From Isurus oxyrinchus (lineage: Eukaryota), in NCBI GenBank assembly GCA_026770705.1, contig JANJGN010000038.1:12276001-12340000 (forward strand): a DNA stretch of 64,000 nt, read 5' to 3'. Below are positions 39,131-52,680 of the stretch, piece by piece. Position 1 is the first letter of the stretch. Every line of letters starts with the position of its first letter. Both the position numbers and the translations under genes were made by a program. The notes under the pieces were generated by a model that saw only the letters and a program-made list of their open reading frames with translations, was not told the origin of the DNA and did no database searches.

Positions 39131-41089
39131 TATCAATAAAATCCAACATGAGTCATAATTTGTGTTCCATCCATTGCTGCTTTTGTTTATCTCACACCAA
39201 GTCTAGTCTCCCGGAAGCAGCGTCATTTGCTTTGAGTCCCTTTTCCTCTGTGTGAATTTAACAATGTATAAAGAACGTTGCCTGCTCCCCGTTAATTTTT
39301 AGTTGTCTTCCTCGTGCTAGCAGGGGCCTGGTACATCCCTACCAGCCCCCAGGGCCTTGTAAATCCATGTGGGAGACAGAGAGTCCGACTTAGATCTGAT
39401 ATTGGATACCAAAATTTAACAATTTAAGGTAGGAACCTCAATGTTATTGCTTTGTGTAGTTTATACCTTGGAGGTAAAAGGCGTTCTGAAATGGTAACAA
39501 ATGCTGCTCCCATGCATTGTTCTCAACTCACTAGTCACCGCTTCACACTCACTATCCCTTGTCATTGAACATAGGAATAAGGGGCAGGAAAAAATGAACA
39601 ACAGTAATTCGCCTTCTACACTTTCAATCGGACAATTATGATGACATTTCCAGTGTTATTAAACAGCATAAATCGAGTCTAACAACAGTGTCTTAATGTC
39701 AATGGGCATCAATCATGAACAACAGAATTATTAAAAATAACTCATCAAATGTAATGGCAAATTCAGAATTTAATGGCCCCTCTCGGCGGCGAGATTTTTT
39801 GGTTCTGCAAATGCCAATGAGCTTTTGAATGACTCGCCACATTTTACAGCACTGCCGCTCCCCACTGACCATGCACAAACACATTTCTTGCCATCCTGAT
39901 AGCCACAAAATGTCACGCCAGAGATATTATGGGGTACTCATTGCAACAAATCATTATCCCAATCTCGGGTGAGTACTGCACATGCGCTTGGGGTATGGCA
40001 GTTCTCCTGCTCCCCAAATGCAAAATGCGGCACAGGTTTCAATATTTGTCACTGTTGCCAGCGGAAGATCGTGAGTAAGGAAGTAATTACTTGTTATACC
40101 TCGATAGGTCTTTCAATGTCAGACCGAAACTGATCCATTAGCCTTCGCTTTATATGCCCTTTGTCCAGATTATTAAATAACCCCAGATGTGATTAACATC
40201 ATTAGTAAGAACATAATTGAAATTCTGCTGCTACTTGAAATTTCACTCATCTGTCAGCAATTGAAATGCACGACTGAGTCACTCGCCAACTACATATCAT
40301 TTGAAAGGTTTTTCCTGCGTCTACCTCTTGAACATAACGGACTGCGAGAAGAAGAAACAACTGTTAACATCTTCCCTAATCCATGCAGCATGTGAACGAC
40401 TTCTTCTCAGTGGGAATATATTGATAAATTTGCAGTCGGGCTGAGGAAGCAAGTCCCGTCCTGCAGTGTCCTCATTTGCAATGTTTCGCAGTATACCGCA
40501 TCCTTGTGCTACTGAGGTTGGATGATTTGTTGAAACTTCGTCCAGTCATTGAAAACGTGCAAGACCTCTCCCCACTGTGAATGGTGCGATGCGTTTATTT
40601 ATTCATGCTGTGCTAACTAGTGAAAACTTTGTCCACATCCATTGCATTGGAGCACTCTTTGTCCAGTGTGCATCACATTCTTTTTGCTGTCACACTGACT
40701 ATTGAAATATAGTCATATTTACTATACTGGCGACCATTTTTCCAATCTGCTTGGTTCTGTTCTACGCCTCCTTGTTCCCTTCTCGCTGCTTTGCAGAAAT
40801 TGCTGACTATAGCTGGTTTCTGGTTTCAGTTATGCATTTACCAGTGCAATTTTGGATCCTATCCCGAAGTTGTTGACCCATAGCAAATGGAGAAGGATAT
40901 TCTGGTCCTGGAATCTTCCCTGTCCTTCAATGAGTGCACTGATAATATGCAGAATGTCTCCATTTGGACACCTTAGTTTAAAGCAGTTGGTACCGAATCC
41001 TATCAATCTCAGTTTTGATATTTTCAATTGAACCCTAGTCTCTATATCTCGTTGGTAGACAATTGCCTTGGTGTATGTTGGAATAGAGG

Positions 41090-41380
41090 TCATGTTCATG
41101 GTCTAGTAAATCTGAAGGCAAGGTTAGTGATTCAGGGACGAAAATGTACATCCCAGCACGTCAATTGATGAACATAAGTTCAGTTCACGAAAGTAAGCTG
41201 AAAATTAAAAAAAGAGCAATCATGAATGATGACCATGAAACTACAGCATTCTCATGAATTAGCACAATCCGTTTCATTCATATACTTTCGTGAAGGAATT
41301 CAGTTGTCTTTCCCAAGTTTGGCCTCTATGTGACGCTACGCCCAGGGAGGTGCAGTGGAGTGACAACTGCCCCCTTAACT
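41090..41380 (+). mobile_element. SINE (family of 12575-12925), degenerate
   Basis: gatgaccatgaaactac...ccgtttcattcatatactttcgtgaagg...ggcctctatgtgac. Confidence 0.5.
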
Positions 41381-42829
41381 GGCCTTGCAAGCGGGAGCAA
41401 ATGTTTGAAAATAGAACCGATGGAACACCCGGCATCGAGCTAAGCACCAGAAAAAACAAAATGACAGTCAGCTCTGTCGATCCTGTAAAGTCTTCTTCAC
41501 ACACATGTGGATGCATGAGATCTGCCCCAGAGAGCAGTCAGGCAACAGGCTGACATAATCATATTTCGAATCGTACCGTTCCGCCAATATTCCAGGTTTC
41601 TATCACCATTCAGAGTTAGGTTCGGCCATACTGCGAAAAAAAAATCTTACAGTGTTGGGCGTTTTTGTCCACAACTAGAAAGTGTCCTGCACCAAACTGG
41701 CCCAATGACAATTAAATAATGATTAAGTTCAAATACCTCTTTGATGTTTATTTAGAACAATTAGGTCTCCTGACATTAAGTAAACTTGTTATCTTTAAAA
41801 GAGCCGAATCTTTCCACTCAAAATGAATGTCTCTATTGATTGGTTAGTTTCTCTGTCACTATCAAACAACCTATCATTTACGTTTGCATATTTGCAGTTA
41901 GTCTTGGAGCCAATGCATTTATGTTGCAGGACACCCATCACAAAACATGTGTCACACTTTGTTACAAATATATAAGAATTTTTTAAAAAGGAGAGTTCTG
42001 GCGACAGAACAAGAAGCTGAAACTTAAATTAAAAAGTAATTATCCTCTTGGTTGGATTTGTGCATTTTGAGAAATTGCTATTAAAGTGGAGGTCTGGTTA
42101 GCAGTTAAATGTAACAATTGTGTTTCACCTCTGAGACGACACGTAAACAACAATGCCCGATTTCAAGCTTAGTAAACTTACAGATCGACTTCCATTTCAA
42201 AGTATTTTCTTAATTACATGTTCATTTGAGCTTTGTGAAATTAAGAAGACTTCATGATTTAAATTAGTGTGTTTTCTATGATCGGCTGGAATCTACAAAA
42301 CAGGGATTGGAAATTATATGTAGAAAAGCAAACACGGGTTAATAAATCAATGAAATAGAATTGCTCTGTTTTAGGCCACAACTTGGTCCGTATCTCATCT
42401 CGGTTGAATGATATGCTTGAATCCCTGATTACTTTAATTTTTACACTTAAGGTATTTGAACAAAGCATAGGTTGTAAAAAGTGATACTGTAATTAAGCCA
42501 TTAGAGCCAGTAATCACAAGCTGAAAAAGATGAAAGTAATTCAAAGGCAACTATGTAACATGGAAATAAATCTGAAAATCTCATAAAGAAACAAAAAGAA
42601 AAAACATTGGAAGTTATCACCAGCTCCCTGACAAAAGCAGACTCACCGAACTGGGTACAATACACAGGGGTCTGTGACTGTGCCGAGTCTATTTTAAAAT
42701 AATTCTCCATAAATAACATTTAAAGCAGCGGTGATATGATGCTTTTCTAGTAAACGTCTAAATAATCCCTTGCGGAGCTCTGACAAATGTTCCCTGCAGA
42801 GAGCGCATTGTTCCATTTACGGGGGAATC

Positions 42830-43090
42830 AACATTATTTTTAGGGGACAATGAATATTGCATTCAGGGGACATTAATGATTGAATTTAGGAGAAGATGAT
42901 CATTGTAGTTAGGGGACATTTAAAGATTGTATTTAGCAGCTAGTGATCATTATGGTTATGGGACAGTGGTCATTGTTTTAGGGGACAGTGAAAATTGTAT
43001 TAGGGGACAGAGATCATTCCAGTTACAGGGCAGAGAGCATTGTATTTAGCGTCAGAGCAGACTATATTCAGGGAACCATTGTCATTCGCA
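42830..43090. repeat. Minisatellite, about 22-23 bp unit (tcattgtatttaggggacagtga-like)
   Basis: Repeated taggggaca / tcattgta words. Confidence 0.75.
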
Positions 43091-43099
43091 CCGAACTTA

Positions 43100-44200
43100 C
43101 GAATTCGGTACGTGGGGGTGGGAGGGGTTGTGCGCAGTAAGTGCCCCAGAAGATGCACCCGGGCCCCCACAGGAATTTCTCATGTAAACATTACACAGAT
43201 ATTGCGCAAGAACTTCAAACTTCCGATGGGAAATTATCCTGGATGCCTTGGAATCATCTGGAAATGAAATTTAAATTGCAGAACCTACGTAGCTCCACCA
43301 CTCTTAGCAGAATAGGTATCCAGGAAAAGTTAGGGGATTTGAAATAATTTCCTACTTCCCGATTCCCCACTTGACCCCGAATATTCCCCTCCACCATTCC
43401 TCACTCGGTTGCCCTGATTATCCTCCTGACAGCCCGACTACCTTCCTACCCCACCCCCGTGAATAACCCGACTAAAAAAACACCACCCGATTATTCCTCC
43501 CTCCACAAATCGTCTCACCTATGCCTCGACTGACACCCGCAGACACAAAATACCCCTGGACTAATTCTACCCCCTCCGACCCATCCTACCTACTCCACCT
43601 ATCCTAATCCCAACGTATCCTATTCCCCTGAACGATGCTACCACCCTACCCTTCCTATCCCATTCCACCTACACTAAACCCGGGACCATCCTATGCCCCT
43701 GACCCATACTGCCCCACTCAACTCATCCAACCAGCCAGCCACAGATTACATCACTGAATCATCCTACCATACTTCACCATTCTACCCCTGATCCATCCAT
43801 CCCGAATGGCACACCCAACCCCACTCACCCCGTCCTACCTCCAACCCATCATACAGCACTCCAAGTATCCTACCTTGAAGCACCCAATTCTCCTAGCCCA
43901 ACCTACGCCCCTCAACCCATCCTGCCTCCAAGGACTATCCTACAGTCTGGACTATTCTAACCCACTCGACCTATACTACCCACTCTACCTCCCCGACCCA
44001 ACAGACAGCCTCTGCCAGCCAACCCGTCCGAACATTTCTGCCCCGAGCAATCTTGCCCCACTTGAACTGGACTACAAGCCCGACCATTCCTCAACTGCCA
44101 ACGAAACCTATTCCTGACACAAGTTACACTACGTCAACTGTTCACAACACCTTACACATTCTGTCAGTTCAAAGCATCCTATCTCACGCCGGCTTTTCGA
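43100..44200 (+). repeat. Dispersed repeat with unique core and C-rich low-complexity arm
   Basis: Core cttagcagaataggtatccagg is the reverse complement of cctgggtacctattctgctaag at ~48769-48790. Followed by a long C-rich tract. Confidence 0.55.
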
Positions 44201-44224
44201 ATCCTGATCTACTCTTCTCCTGAC

Positions 44225-44865
44225 ACATCCATTGACTAGAAACTGAACTGGGCTAGCCATCTAAACACTGTGGCTACAACAGCAGGTAAGAGGCTAAGTA
44301 TCCTGCGTCGGTTAACTCACCTCCTGATTCCCCAAAGCCTGCCCACCAAGTTACAAGTCAAGAGTGTAATTAAGTACTTCCCACTTGCCTGGATGAGTGT
44401 TGCTCCAACAGCGCTCACGAAGCTTGACACCATCCAGGAGAAAGCAACCCGCGGGATTGACCCCCCCATCCACAAATATTCACTCCCTCCACCACCGGTG
44501 CACAGTGGCAGCACTATTTGCCATCTACAAGATGCACTGCAGGAATTCACCTTAGACAGTACCTTCCAAACTTCCGGCCACTTCCTTCTTGAATGACAAG
44601 GGCAGCAGATATATGGGAACTCCAACAACTGGAATTTCCCCTCCAAGTCACTCACTGACTTGGAAATATGTCGCTGTTCCTTCAATGTCTCTGGGTCGAT
44701 ATCCTGGAACTCCCTCCCTAACAGAAACATAGGTGTACCTACACTACATGGACCACAGCAGTTCAAGAAAGCAGGTCAGTAATACCATGTTCTCAAGGGC
44801 AATTACGGGTGGGCATTAATTGTTGACTGGACCTGGGACACCCACATCCATGAATGAATAAAAAA
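44225..44865 (+). mobile_element. Non-LTR retrotransposon (CR1/L2 group) 3' end, second LINE family
   Basis: ORF 44270-44596: AGKRLSILRRLTHLL...QVKSVIKYFPLAW...KLDTIQEKA, typical of the post-RT region. Ends gggcaattacgggtgggcattaat...tgaatgaataaaaaa. Confidence 0.8.
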
Positions 44866-46908
44866 ACTGTTACAGAAGCATCACTTTACCCTTTGACTTT
44901 TTAATTGATATTGTGCCTAATTGTGACGAAGTATTGATATCCGACTCTAACATTGACGGAGTAAATGATGCTTTGGTCAAATACGTTGAATGACCACATG
45001 TGTTGGGCTCCATATCCTCTTGTAAGTAATTGACCAATTTTGAAGGATTTTCTGCGGTGTGCTCGCACAGATTGCCTGAATAAACAAACTTCCCTGATGG
45101 AAAGTCACGAAGAGTTGGGCTTGTGATTCTTATACAGTTTTTGACATATGCAGTGTTTAAGCGTACAAAAGAACCAAAAGTCGTTTTTACTGATCAGGAT
45201 GGTTTTCATTACTCTGAATGGATATGCACAATGTAAATCTATTTACTGTACCGTGAACTGAGGCTGTAACAGAAAAGGAGAAAAGCTTTGCTACAGCTGT
45301 ACAAATCCCTGGTTAGATTATATGCTGGAATACTTGTATAGTTCTGGGAACGAAACATTAGAAATGATAAACATTGGTCTAGAAGCAGGCCGGCACTGAT
45401 CTACCAGAATGCTTGGAAGGTTTTAATATTTAGACTCAGGCACCATGCCAGTTATTACAGCAGGACAACTGTTGGATTCCGCCTGGTGCCTCAGCTTGAA
45501 ATGAATTTCAGGATGTTAGAGTCAATGTGCAGCAAATATCCAAATGTATAACTACTTTTACTCAATCATTAGTAATACCATGCAAATTCAAACAACTATA
45601 CTCAGTATCTGTTCCATGATTCAATGTTTAAAATCAAAGTTGTAATATTTGTATTCTCATTTTGAAATTAGGCACTCTCCACTTTGCAACACAAAACGAG
45701 TTGTAAACCTGGGGGAGTTGCACCATTTGTTGCAGCGAAGAAACAACTCTGGCCTGGAGTGCTGTTTTCAAAGGTCAGTTGTGATCGGTTGATCAGGAGT
45801 AATGTGTGTATCTGTGTAAACAGCAAGCAGAAACATCTGTCCCATTGCAACCCATATTCAGCCTTACACCACCATCTTTAGTCAGTTAACTTTTTGTGCA
45901 TTGTGCATTAGCACAGCCCATCTCACCCCTTTCCTTCACTTCTAATCTCTGCCTCTATAGCTGTTCTCGACCAGTGGACACAGTGGGTGGGGGGGAAGGG
46001 GGGGGGGGTGGTGGTGGCGTGGGGGGGGCACTTTACTCCGCACCTAACCAGTGCTGTAGAGGCCTGGGAATATTTTATGTGATATGTAAAGAACGTATTC
46101 TTCCACAAACATTGTGCTGCATTAACCTCTGAGGAAGAGTGCCTTTATTATTTAGAACGACCAGACGCTGACTGTGACAGATCAGAGACGTCACTGAGTT
46201 GCTCTTCGCCATTCCATCATTCTGCTTCTGGTTTTCACCATAAAAGGGAAGGGGTAAACATTTCTTTACACGGGTGTGGCGTTGTGTGGTGAATCGCTCT
46301 TTGACTGAAGGGCCTCGAGTTCAAACACTTTGCAGACAGGAATCGTGATAAATACCACTCGGGAAAGGAGGAAAACGTGAAATAGGGAAAATGCAGCCAT
46401 GTCGATGAAGCGAGGAGAAATGAATTCAGCAAAGTCATACTTGGTGCAATTATCATTCAAGATTTATTAACAATTTCAGAGCATGTTTTATAGAAATGGT
46501 TCATGTAAAGGTCACAAAAGTGAATTTATCGTTTGAGTGTCACATTGAGACAACCCCATATGCTCTGAGCTGCCAACTGTAAGTAGAAGTGTAACATAAG
46601 CCAGAAAGAGAAAACAGAAATTTAGCATAAAGGGAAGGGGACAACAGCGAAAGAAAAGTCATATTTACAAATGCAATTCAAGCTATAGTGAAATTATAAG
46701 TTACAGTTATTTTAAAATAATAATTATCTCGCGCATTTCAGACAGAAAAGCGGAAATACTGTCCACGAATGTCTCAATTACAGATTCAGAATCATAAAAT
46801 GAAGACATTTCACTGTTAGCGTCACCAGGAGAACATATTTTAAAGTCACAATACAGAGATCTCAATAAACAACTGAGGAACAGCCAAGGAAGTCCGAAAA
46901 TCAACCGA

Positions 46909-46917
46909 TCACTTAAA
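46909..46917 (-). other. Ig heavy-chain TM2 micro-exon (coding part), cassette 2: TTT AAG TGA = FK*
   Basis: Acceptor ttttctccctcttttacag; positionally homologous to cassettes 1 and 3. Confidence 0.7.
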
Positions 46918-47048
46918 CTGTAAAAGAGGGAGAAAATATTGCAGCAGATATTAATGACCTGGGACATTTATGTTGGAGTTTTCAATCAGTGAAATATTTG
47001 GAGATTTTTCCTGTCATATTGATGTGTGAGTGGATTGAATCTTCTCAC

Positions 47049-47176
47049 CATCACCAGAGTGACGGCAGCGCCATAGAAAATGCTCAAGAAGAACAGGGCG
47101 ATGAATGTGGAAGCAGTGGTCCAGATGTTCCCGTTATTGTCCTCAGAGTCTTTAATCCAGATGTGGCCCGTGGAAT
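47049..47176 (-). other. Ig heavy-chain membrane exon TM1 (mu-like), orphan cassette 2
   Basis: 128 nt, ctctag|AT...ATG|gtgaga. Reads (D)STGHIWIKDSEDNNGNIWTTASTFIALFFLSIFYGAAVTLVM, the best match to the CART pattern of the three. Confidence 0.92.
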
Positions 47177-48129
47177 CTAGAGGGATGTAGCCAAGGAAAT
47201 GTTTTAATATGCATATTAATCCAGGACATCCCATTATCTTTTGCACATATATTCTGTTGTATCTTCCTCAAGCTTTTGGCTTAGTTTCGAATTAAATTTT
47301 CATGCATGCCTATTATTACATTAGTGGCTCTCAGTAATCTTTGTCTGTTACTAACAACAGAGCCGTTCTTGCTTTACATTCCGTATACTGTCCATATCAG
47401 TACATTGTATTTTCAAAGATTCAGTGCCAATGTGTTTTGGATCAATTTCATATGACCTATTACTGGATTACGCAGGAAAATTAGTAGTTCAAAACGGTTA
47501 TTTTAACGATAGGTACTTATGGCTACTAAATGCAGGCTCTGGGTCTTATCACTTATGTGATCAGTTGGGGAATCTCATCTTCTTTCATAATTTGTGATGG
47601 AAATGCTTGGAAAATCATTCACTTAACTCAGTTTCTAAGTGAGAGCGTTGTTTCAATGTATTTGCAGGGTGTGCATGTTATTGGAAGTATTATTGGAGGA
47701 TACAACTGTTAAGTACAAACAAAGGATTATAATCTCGGCCCGGAGAGAACAAAGTCCTGTTTTATGGAGCTGATTAGGATGAAGCTGGACCATCATTTTC
47801 CAGACCTTCTCCCAAAAGCACATTCCAGAAAGAGGTAGACAATGATTTCTCTGATCCCAGCTCTTTCAAGGACAGAATGGGTGCATGTTAGATTCTGGGC
47901 TGACAGGGTGGATCTGAAAGGGGAATCCCGTCTCACCAAAAACTAACGATATTCATGTTGATGGTTTGAAGATTTATAAAGGAAGCTTTCATCAGCTGTG
48001 GAATATGAAACACGATGGCCGAGAAGTGGTAATCAGCTTTGGATAGCCATTCCGCCATTTTCAACGTTCCCTGCCCCGCAGCTCCACATTTCTCACCTGC
48101 ACTTCAGAACAAGGTTTCAAGGGAACAGT

Positions 48130-49790
48130 GGGGTGTAAAGTCCTCCTTCCTCGTACAGGAATGTCGGGGAAAGCTGAGCCAGAGCATTTCTGTAGCTCTA
48201 GCTACCGTTTAGCAGTAGCTTTACTGATTCCAAAACCAGAATGGCACAGCGCAGACAGAAGTTCAGTGTGCAAGACAGCAGGGTCAGGTAGTCGGGTGGC
48301 AAGTAAAGGGGTGAGGGAATAGGGTAGTTCGAGGGATATCAGGGAGTTCGAGGTTGTCGACATTTAGTGGGGGAAGGGGGCTAGACAATTGGACGGGGGG
48401 GGTGGTTAGCGGGTGGGTGTTCAGGTGCTAAGTAGGCAGCGTGGGGTGGGAGTGTGGGTAGCGTTTGGGTTATCTGGAGGGTTGTCTGGGGTAGGGGGAG
48501 ATTCGGGTATTCGGGAGGGTAGTCGGGGGTTGGGTGTAATGGGAATGTGGGGGATTAGTTTGGGGATGGGGGTTGTCCCCGTCGTCTCAGCGGCAGTTGA
48601 ATTTTCAATGTATTGGTCAGGGTATGGGTAATTGGATTTTGGATGGTAGTCGGGGACCTGGGTCACACTCGGGCTGTCTGGACAGTAATTGGGGTGTCCA
48701 TTTCAGAGTTGGAGATCTTAATTCTGGTTACCCAGGAGCTGGAACTGGTATTAATCCTTCTCACGTTTCCTGGGTACCTATTCTGCTAAGTATGCCAGGA
48801 CAATCCAACTCCTCCAAATCTAACTCAGGGTTCTGGAATGTTCCAGATGCAGTACTAATTGCCCAAAGGATGCGGAAAATCCGGAGGAAGTTGCCGGGCA
48901 GTCCTGAAGTGGGGACTTACAAGGGATCGAACATTGCATCTCTCTGGTACCTCGGGGTCAGGCCATCCACTGGTCAGATCTGGGACATGTTGAAAATACA
49001 TTCTGATCTCCATAGGGCCGCAGCCATGAGGCACCCCAAAGATGCTCTGGGAGAAGTACAACCTCCACCATCCGCCCCCGGTCCGGAAGCCCCCATATGA
49101 GGGCTGCATGGGTATTGACCGGAAAATTCAAACTTCTGAAGAACATCAGGGACCATCCAAAGCATCCGACACGTGGATTTAAATGGGAAACTTCAGTTCG
49201 TTATGCCTGTCCCGGCTGAATAGTTTCCCAGGAGGAGTGAGAAGAACGAAAATCGCTTCTAACTCCTGGGTCACTATAGAAATGAGAACCCCGACCCCGC
49301 ACTGGAAACCTCAACTATATCTCCCACCTCCCCGACTTCTGAAGCACCCCCGCCTATCCTCTCAACCCGCCCCTGACTACGCCCCATTACCTTCCCCAAC
49401 CCCTGATAACCCTCCCGCCCCCAGGCTGCCCTCCCAACAATCGACAATCCACAAGATCCCGACTGCACCCTCACCCAGTTAGGACCCAACCAACCTCACG
49501 AATACTCATGATAACCTGCCAAACACCCTCCCAACACATCGAGTACTCGCCAAGCATGACATCGACAAACTCCCCCGATTCCCCAAACACCCTGCAGACC
49601 CCTCATTACCTCATAAGCCTTCCAGCCCCCTGTACAGCCCAGGGTATCACTCTAACACCTCGACAACCATCCCAACCACGCCGAATTCTCTCCTGGTATC
49701 CAAATGCATCCATCCTGGACACACCCGATGATTCCAACACTGCCCCCCACCCTCAGACCCAGCGGCCAATCACCTCCATCCCCAATCCTG
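48130..49790. repeat. Composite repeat with G-rich left arm (48290-48660) and C-rich right arm (49280-49790)
   Basis: Strong strand-asymmetric composition flipping across a unique core. Left half is an inverted relative of 43100-44200. Confidence 0.5.
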
Positions 49791-51754
49791 GAAAATTGGA
49801 TTCTGGATGTCTGATATCGAATAGCAGTAGTTTTCCTTATCCATGTTTGATTTGATGTTCTCTGATGTCATGAGACTTGATGGATTCCGCAGCAGATGTT
49901 GAGAACTCCCAAGGCCCTCCTTCCAGAATATACACCACTGTACTGGCATCACCGAAGGTTCTAGCCTGTTGGGTTATGTTGCTTCCCAACTCGATTTATT
50001 TCCAATTAAAGCATTCCAAATCATATTTTTTGCAGTAAATTCTATATCTCATGCGCCTGGCATTCCAGCTGTCCTTCCTGAATTATGTCAACTAGCCTGC
50101 ACACAGTTTTCTCCATATCCATGTCTTGTGCTATCGGCAAAGCTTAAATTTTTACCCTTTGTTCCCGTGTCCATATGACTAACAGATATCACAAATGACA
50201 ATTCACACCGATACTTGTGGGACACTGTGTTAACTTGCTTCACGATGCAAAACCATTGGGACCCACGAATACCATCCCGTCTATTACTTCAGAGAAAAGT
50301 TCCGTCAAGTTTGTCTATTTTGCCTTGTTAGCTGTCGGTTATTAACCGAAAATCTTCAAATTCACCATTAAATTGCCCCGATTCTGCCCACTGGACGTTC
50401 ACCTGGCGGCAATGTTAGGCTGACTGATTGTAATGCAGCAATGATTTTCACACAGGATAGGAAATGTCTCTGTGGTGAATTTGTATGGCTGCTTCTAGAT
50501 TGTCATGTGACATTCAATGTCAACATGCTTCATTAACATTCAACATCATAACGTGAGAAAAGTGCAACTTTTAAAGATATTGTAAGATATCATGGGGGTA
50601 ATGTTTCCTGTTGAATAAGTTTTTAAAAAATCTAATTTGTAAAGGAGAACATGAAAAAAATAACGACTGATCCTATTGGGAATTACAATGGATTAATTGA
50701 TGCTACGGAAATAACGAGACAACCAGACTAATAAATTCATCAAATTCTTTCTGTACCTGCCTTTCGAAAGATGAATGTGCTCCTGAGCAGTGTCAGTGTC
50801 ATCCAGCATCCGCCCAAAATGAAAACGAATGGAACGTCTCGCCAATCAGACCAAATTGCCGAGTTGTAGGCCCCTACTGCATTACAAAGCAACACTGCAG
50901 CACCAACATCCTGTTATTCTCTGGAATCCATTAAGTGTCAACTAAACTGGCTTGCATTTCACGCTATGCACACCCCAAAATCCTGCCCACCAGATCATTG
51001 ACAAATGGTTCTATTGAGTATTGTCAGAAGATAGAGTGAGATTGTTAGTATTGGTTCATACAATGCAATGGCTACTCCTGCCGCTGTCAAGGAGCATTAA
51101 AGAGTCTGGCTCCAATTCAACAGATTGCATTTGACAGAGCTTCGCCTCTTCAAAGCCGACACTGCATTTCAGCTGTAACGTTGCTGGTCCAGAGGCATCG
51201 CTGGCCCCGTGGACACATCATCAGATCTGCTGCCTCTCCTTACAGGCTGCCGAACAGTCATCTGGGAAATCCAGAAACCAACCACAAGGCCTCCAAAAAC
51301 AAGCCTTAATAACACCAAATAGTTTGTGACAGGAGACCTAATCCAAATTAAATTCCATGATATTAAGGTACCAAGCCCATTGTGAAACACTGGTGGAGTG
51401 TCAGTTTTGCAGAACTGGAGCTTCTGTTTGCCGAATGATGTATTAATGCGTTTTCTAGTCCACATTCGGTATAGTGCCATCACCTCAGTCATCAGGATGC
51501 GTGACTTCAGTGTATCATCGATTCACCTCTTTCAGGCAAATACGGGGCATACTCCTAGAGGCCTCTTTCACAAATGGAATTCTGGGTCATGGTAGAGGGT
51601 GCCTCAGCAAACCACAGCTAAACCTCGGTACCACTGCTACAACTAATTTCGCGCCCCGAATATTGAAGCTATCCACTGACATTATAGTTGATCACGTCTG
51701 GGCCTGTTTAACCTGTTGTTAAAGATAAATTGGTAGGACCAGCTAACTACTGAT

Positions 51755-52045
51755 GGGAGGTGGTGATGTAGCAGCATTATGACCAGGTTAACATTGCATA
51801 AGGCCCAAACTAATTCTCTGGGGACCTAAGTTCACATCCCACCATGGAAGGTTGGGCAATTTGAATTTAATAAAAAATCTTTAATTAAGCGTCTGATGAT
51901 GATCATGAAACCATTGCTAATTGCTGCAAAAGCCCATTTGGTTTAATCATTTCCTGCAGGAAAGAGCATCTGCTGTCTGGCCTCTACGTGACTCTTAAAT
52001 GCTCTCTGAACAAGAGCATTTAGCGATTGAACGAATAAAAAAATC
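51755..52045 (+). mobile_element. SINE (family of 12575-12925)
   Basis: ggtggtgatgtagc...ggggacctaagttcacatcccaccatgg head, gatcatgaaaccattg body, gtgactcttaaatgctctctgaa tail. Confidence 0.65.
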
Positions 52046-52426
52046 CCTTCTACCTTTATCAACGTGGCTAACAGGACAGCAGGAAACGAAATCGGCTGAA
52101 GATTTATAAATGATAAATGAAGATAATGTCCTTATGCAGTTTTATAACTTTTTAAAAAATGATTTTGTTGGTCATTTTTGGGGCCCCTTTAGAGATGGGA
52201 CTCTTCCCAATTGGCCAACGGAAAGTGCAGAAGATGAATTGATGATGTTTTGCCATTGCAATCCCCCAGTCCGTTGTTTGTATATTTAGGAGCTCAGGTG
52301 TTTGCTGTATAGCGGTGCTTGGTCAGTGGAGAACAATTCCTGAGGATAGTATATGCATCCATTTCGAAGCATATCCAACCATCAAGATCAGAATCATTAC
52401 CGGGGCGGGACGCAGGGAGATTGCAG

Positions 52427-52680
52427 CTCTTTCGATTACAAACACGTTTCCATCTGTTTCAGATGAAATTACGTTGTTTCATAGTTTGCCATTGTGAGAT
52501 TTGAACTCTTGATCTTAGGGTTATTAACCCAGTACCATAACCACTTGGCTATTTAGGCCAAGCAAAGTAACTCTTTCGAGTACAAATCCGTTTCCTTCTG
52601 TTTCAGATGAAGTTACATTGTTTCATAGTTTGCCATTGTGAGATTTGAACTCTTGATCTTAGGGTTACAAACCCAGTACA
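52427..52680 (-). repeat. Tandem duplication (period 144) containing a tRNA-like SINE head
   Basis: ctgtttcagatgaa...ttgccattgtgagatttgaactcttgatcttagggtta at 52454 and 52598. Minus strand shows A-box TAGCCAAGTGG and B-box GAGTTCAAATC. Confidence 0.7.

Noticed and set aside
40050-41090. Possible decayed Gypsy pol on the minus strand
   Set aside because: Only a vague impression; no intact protease, RT or integrase motif could be read.
47920-48062. Minus-strand words resembling the end of an Ig C domain and secretory tail (KWRNG...LLGH...YKSS / KPST*ISLV) upstream of cassette 2
   Set aside because: Needs several frame changes, lacks the canonical cysteine and splice sites, and could easily be chance. 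TBLASTN with shark CH4 would settle it.
48573-49100. 175-aa ORF
   Set aside because: Lies in a GC-rich dispersed repeat where stops are rare; no domain signature.
50740-51730. Coding-looking, Cys-rich stretch (also 7400-8000)
   Set aside because: Frames are interrupted and I could not match any family; left unassigned pending BLASTX.
52486-52559. Functional tRNA gene
   Set aside because: Acceptor stem pairing is poor and the anticodon loop differs between the two copies; better explained as a SINE head.
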